The notes under the pieces were generated by a model, which worked only from the letters and a program-made list of their open reading frames with translations, did no database searches and had not been told where the DNA came from. A program made the position numbers and the translations under genes. 11,822 nt of DNA from Octopus sinensis (Eukaryota): NCBI RefSeq assembly GCF_006345805.1, contig NW_021826715.1, positions 1 to 11,822 on the forward strand, given 5' to 3'. Shown here in pieces: positions 8,721 to 11,822 of this stretch; positions within the stretch are counted from its first letter, which is position 1; each line of letters begins with the position of its first letter.

Positions 8721-9163
8721 AAGGCGGCGAGTTTGCTGGATTGCTTAATGGTATTTCGTCCGGTGAGCTGGAAGAATCGTTAGCACCCCGGGCGAAATGC
8801 GTAGCCGTATTTCGTCTAACGTTACGTTCTGAGTTCAAATTCCGCCGAGGTCGACTTTGCCTTTTATCCTTTCGGGGTCGATAAATTAAGTACTAGTTAC
8901 GCACTGGGATCGATATAATCGACTTAATTCGTTTGTCTGTCCTTGTTTGTCCTCTCTGTGTTTAGCCCTTTGTGGGTAGTAATGAAATTGGTATTTCGTC
9001 CGCTTTCAGGTTCTGAGTTCAAATTCAACCGAAGTCGACTTTGCCTTTAATCCTTTTGGGGCCGATAAAATGTGTACCAGTTGAATACCAGGGTCGATGT
9101 AATCGACTTAACCCCTTACCCTCGACAGTTCTTGACTTGTGCCAAAATTTGAAGCCGATATTA
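8721..9163 (+). mobile_element. Family-B SINE (short tail), host copy split into 8721-8761 and 8989-9163
   Basis: A partly deleted head aaggcggcgag...gcttaatggtatttcgtcc resumes at 8989 with tggtatttcgtccgctttcaggttctgagttcaaattc...gtcgactttgcctttaatcc...gggtcgatgtaatcgac...cttgtgccaaaatttgaa. Confidence 0.8.
8762..8988 (+). mobile_element. Family-B tRNA-derived SINE (long tail), near full length
   Basis: A-box-like ctggaagaatcgttag and B-box gagttcaaattcc are present. The central ccgaggtcgactttgccttttatcctttcggggtcgataaattaagtac resembles the MetaSINE Meta domain (from memory, unverified). It is colinear with 10620-10850 and flanked by tggtatttcgtcc direct repeats. Confidence 0.92.
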
Positions 9164-9172
9164 ATTCCAGCT

Positions 9173-9394
9173 AAGGCAGTGAGGTGGCAGAATCGTTAGC
9201 ACACCGGGAAAAAATGCTTAGCAGCATTTCGTCCGTCTTTACGTCTGAGTTCAAATTCCGTCAAGGTCTACTTTGCCTTTCATCCTTTCGGGGCCGATAA
9301 AATAAGTACCAGTACATAACTGGGAACTGCCGCAATCGATCAGACCCCTCTTCCCAAAATTTTAGGCCTTGTGCTTTTAACAGAAAGGATATTT
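9173..9394 (+). mobile_element. Family-B SINE (short tail), full length
   Basis: aaggcagtgaggtggcagaatcgttagcac...gagttcaaattcc...ggggccgataaaataagtaccag...cccaaaattttaggccttgtgc; flanked by attccagct (9164-9172) and attccagtt (9395-9403), a probable TSD. Confidence 0.9.
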
Positions 9395-9408
9395 ATTCCA
9401 GTTCTCTA

Positions 9409-9557
9409 CATTCAGCGTTCAAATCATGCCAAGGTTAACTTTGTCTACCATCCATCCTTGGTCGATTAAATAAAGTACCGATGATATATTTGAATCAATG
9501 GTATCGATTAAACTCCTATAAAAAAAAAAAAATTGCTGACCTTAAACCAAAATCAAT
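9409..9557 (+). mobile_element. Old 5'-truncated family-B SINE (short tail)
   Basis: gttcaaatcatgccaaggttaactttgtctaccatcc...ggtcgattaaataaagtacc...aaattgctgaccttaaaccaaaat is colinear with 9241-9394. Confidence 0.7.
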
Positions 9558-9855
9558 AAGCCATTACTTTTGACAGTGTCGTTGTTGGACGCACTGGAAA
9601 CTAGAATCCTTTACAGAGGTTTGCAGCAAAATAATTACGAAACATGGTCACACAATGGACCTTCTCATTAAACCAGTGGCGAAACGTGACCACACACACA
9701 TACACACACACACACACTATGCTGTATAGTAAAACTTCAAACTCTTCACAAGAATGAACAGAATTGAAAGATCGATAATAAAAGCACGTGATCAAACAAG
9801 CAATAATTGATGCATATCCCTTGCTCACAACAGCATCGCTTCAGACTATGCAGTA

Positions 9856-9876
9856 TATCTATCTATCTATCTATCA

Positions 9877-9932
<56 letters not shown>

Positions 9933-10009
9933 GTCTGTCTGTCTGTCTATCTACCTCTTTCTCTGGTGTTCTGTCTCTGCCTGTTTGTCTCTCTGTGTGC
10001 ATATATCTA

Positions 10010-10067
<58 letters not shown>

Positions 10068-10077
10068 ATATCTATAT

Positions 10078-10120
<43 letters not shown>
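9856..10120. repeat. (TCTA/TCTG)n followed by (TA)n, abutting a family-A SINE
   Basis: Seen directly. Confidence 0.95.
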
Positions 10121-10122
<2 letters not shown>

Positions 10123-10287
10123 GACGGGCTTCTTTAAGTTTCTGTTTACCACATCCACTCAGAAGGATTTGTTCGACCCGAGACTACAGTAGAAGACACT
10201 TGTCCAAGATTGCACGCAATGGAACTGAGCCCGGAACCATGTGGTTTTGGGAAGCAAGCCTCTTAACACACAGTTACTCCTGCGCCT
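10121..10287 (-). mobile_element. Family-A SINE, 5' half with intact start (aggcgcaggag)
   Basis: The minus strand reads aggcgcaggagtaactgtgtgttaagaggcttgcttcc...ggttccgggctcagttcc...cttggacaagtgtcttctactgtag...aaagaagcccgtcgt, then (TA)n. Confidence 0.92.
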
Positions 10288-10456
10288 GAATATTTAATGA
10301 CGTGGAGAACAGTTCTGAAACGTTTTACGGAGTCGTAGATGTCCTGTCATAACATACAATGTGTTAAGTATTTTAATCCATGGTCGAGCTGGTCCGTCTA
10401 CAGAACTCAACATAGACTGTTCCGCCTGGGAGAAAGTGAACACGCACGTGCGAAAG

Positions 10457-10459
10457 AAG

Positions 10460-10497
<38 letters not shown>

Positions 10498-10505
10498 AAG
10501 AGAGA
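10457..10505. repeat. (GA)n tract
   Basis: Seen directly. Confidence 0.95.
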
Positions 10506-10580
10506 GAAGGGGAGAGTAATTGATAAAGGGAGATAGAAGACTGGATTCCAGTACTTGACTTGTACTTTATTAACTTCAGT

Positions 10581-11306
10581 GAAGGTGCGTGAAGTAAATG
10601 GTTGGAACCTTCGGTTATTGGTGGCGAGCTGGCAGAAACGTTAGCACGCCGGGCGAAATGCTTAGCAGTATTTCGTCTGCCGTTACGTTGTAAGTTCAAA
10701 TTCCGCCGAGGTCGACTTTGCCTTTCATCCTTTCGGGGTCGATAAATTAAGTACTAGTTACGCACTGGGGTCGATGTAATCGACTTAATACCTATGTCTG
10801 TCCTTGTTTGTCCCCTCTGTGTTTAGCCCCTTGTGGGCAATAAAGAAATAGGTATTTCATCTGTCTTTAAGTTCTGAGTTCAAATTCTGCTGTGGTCGAC
10901 TTTGCTTTTCATCCTTTCGGAGTCGATAAATTAAGTACCAGTTACGCACTGGGGTCGATGTAATCGACTTAATACCTATGTCTGTCCTTGTTTGTCCCCT
11001 CTGTGTTTAGCCCCTTGTGGGCAGTAAAGAAATAGGTTGGAACCTTCGGCTCACGATCGTAAAGTCGTGGTTTCGATTCTCAGTTGCGCGTTATGAGCTT
11101 CATTTTACGATTCTTCGGTCCGCTTAGCTTCCTGAAAATCAGTTCTACATGTAATTCAATTGGAACAGCCTTGTCACATTCCTTGTCACGCTGAACCACC
11201 CTCGAGAACTACGTTAAGAGTACACGCGTCTGTGGAGTGCTCAGCCACTTACACTTTAATATCACGAGCAGATTGGAATGCTCGTTGTCGTGACGACGGT
11301 GTGCCA
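10581..11306 (+). mobile_element. Family-C tRNA-derived SINE split by the B dimer (10581-10614 and 11035-11306)
   Basis: Removing the insert gives gaaggtgcgtgaagtaaatggttggaaccttcggctcacgatcgtaaagtcgtggtttcgattc (tRNA-like head with a GTTTCGATTC B-box-like motif). The body cagccttgtcacattc...gagaactacgttaagagtacacgcgtctgtggagtgctcagccactt...gacggtgtgcca is recognised from memory as a common Octopus SINE. Confidence 0.8.
10615..11034 (+). mobile_element. Family-B SINE dimer: one head plus two 184-bp long-tail bodies
   Basis: The units are 10667-10850 and 10851-11034. The whole structure is flanked by the perfect 15-bp direct repeat ggttggaaccttcgg (10600-10614 and 11035-11049). Confidence 0.95.
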
Positions 11307-11319
11307 GAGTTTTTCATAA

Positions 11320-11435
11320 GAATGAAAGGCTAAGGTGACTTTGGAAGGAATCGAACACAGAGGGTGGAACACAGAGGGTGGAAAGAGGGTGGAAAGCTGC
11401 ACAGATTCTGTCGGGCATTTTAACGACTGCACTAA
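11320..11435 (-). mobile_element. Old degenerate family-B SINE fragment carrying a short minisatellite
   Basis: gaatgaaaggctaaggtgactttggaaggaatcgaacacagag aligns to the reverse complement of the B body (ggatgaaaggcaaagtcgacctcggcggaatttgaactcagaa) at about 32/44 by hand. The downstream gcattttaacgact is a weaker match. Confidence 0.55.
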
Positions 11436-11543
11436 GTGTTACAAAAACAAAATTAAAGCAAATGGCTGCTTAGGTCTACTAGTGAGGCACTGTACTGCAT
11501 ATAATATTATATTAAGAAGATATGTAATCCAGTTTTATAAGAT

Positions 11544-11822
11544 CTGTGTATCTTAGGTTGCTTCCCAACCATATGGTTCTGGGTTCAGTCACACTACGTG
11601 GCACCTTCGAAGCCTTGAGAGTGAATTTGGTTGACGGAATCTGACAGAAAGTGTGTACCAATGTGTCAGAGTTTGACCATACAGTGGCTTGTTTACCGGT
11701 GTTGGTATGTTTACGTCTCCGTAATGTAACGGTTCGGAAAAAAGGACCGGGTGAATAAGTACCAGGCCTTAAAGGTAAACAAATGTTCTGGGGGTCGATT
11801 CGTTCGACGAAAATCCTTCAGG
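11544..11822 (+). mobile_element. Family-A SINE, older copy lacking the CORE-like box and the internal microsatellite; runs off the window edge
   Basis: ttgcttcccaaccatatggttctgggttcagtcacactacgtggcacctt|cgaagccttgagagtgaatttggttgacggaatctgacagaaag...gtaatgtaacggttcggaaaaaaggacc...ctgggggtcgattcgttcgac contains both the head seen at 10121-10287 and the tail seen at 753-905. Confidence 0.88.

Noticed and set aside
8547-8783. Hydrophobic 78-aa ORF resembling a membrane protein
   Set aside because: It is encoded by a degenerate (GTT)n tract, starts at a non-ATG codon and ends inside SINE-B sequence.
44-10289. Most ORF-track entries (poly-HT, YI, CV, SL, ER and LSIY peptides; e.g. 44-280, 2707-3507, 4682-5543, 7305-8104, 9788-10289)
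   Set aside because: They are translations of di- and tetranucleotide microsatellites, which lack stop codons by construction. No domain content or splice support.
10358-10425. Possible minus-strand 68-nt exon (ctttctcccAG ... GTATGT)
   Set aside because: The pyrimidine tract is supplied by the (GA)n microsatellite, the peptide is unrecognised and the strand conflicts with the other candidate. No independent support.
10667-11034. CRISPR-like or satellite array
   Set aside because: There are only two contiguous 184-bp units with no spacers, both are SINE bodies, and the context is eukaryotic.
10581-11075. tRNA gene calls for SINE heads (A/B boxes at 8762, 9173, 10620, 10581/11050)
   Set aside because: There is no cloverleaf or acceptor stem. 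The boxes continue into SINE bodies present in multiple copies.

Overview
Repeat-rich eukaryotic non-coding DNA. The extreme microsatellite load and three recognisable tRNA-derived SINE families point to an octopod cephalopod (Octopus sp.); this is recognised from memory and not verified by a search. No protein-coding gene can be supported: almost all ORF-track entries are microsatellite or low-complexity artefacts. The only real protein homology is a decayed 3' end of an RTE-clade LINE (about 6380-6785). The window holds about 16 SINE copies or fragments, labelled here families A, B and C. It also has a 381-bp non-autonomous Helitron (1595-1975, minus strand) nested in a probable pogo/Tigger-like MITE, and many compound SSR tracts. 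The most informative structure is retroposon nesting. A 2x184-bp family-B dimer sits inside the tRNA head of a family-C SINE with a perfect 15-bp TSD. A family-B copy sits inside another B copy with a 12-13-bp TSD. Both insertion sites read AAT^GGT. The two dimer units diverge very unevenly, and families A and B share a GTCGA-loop-TCGAC hairpin module. I see no convincing new gene system. The best leads are SINE target preference and dimer formation, plus a few weak non-repeat islands (possible exon at 8230-8297; CpG-rich island at 3791-4085).
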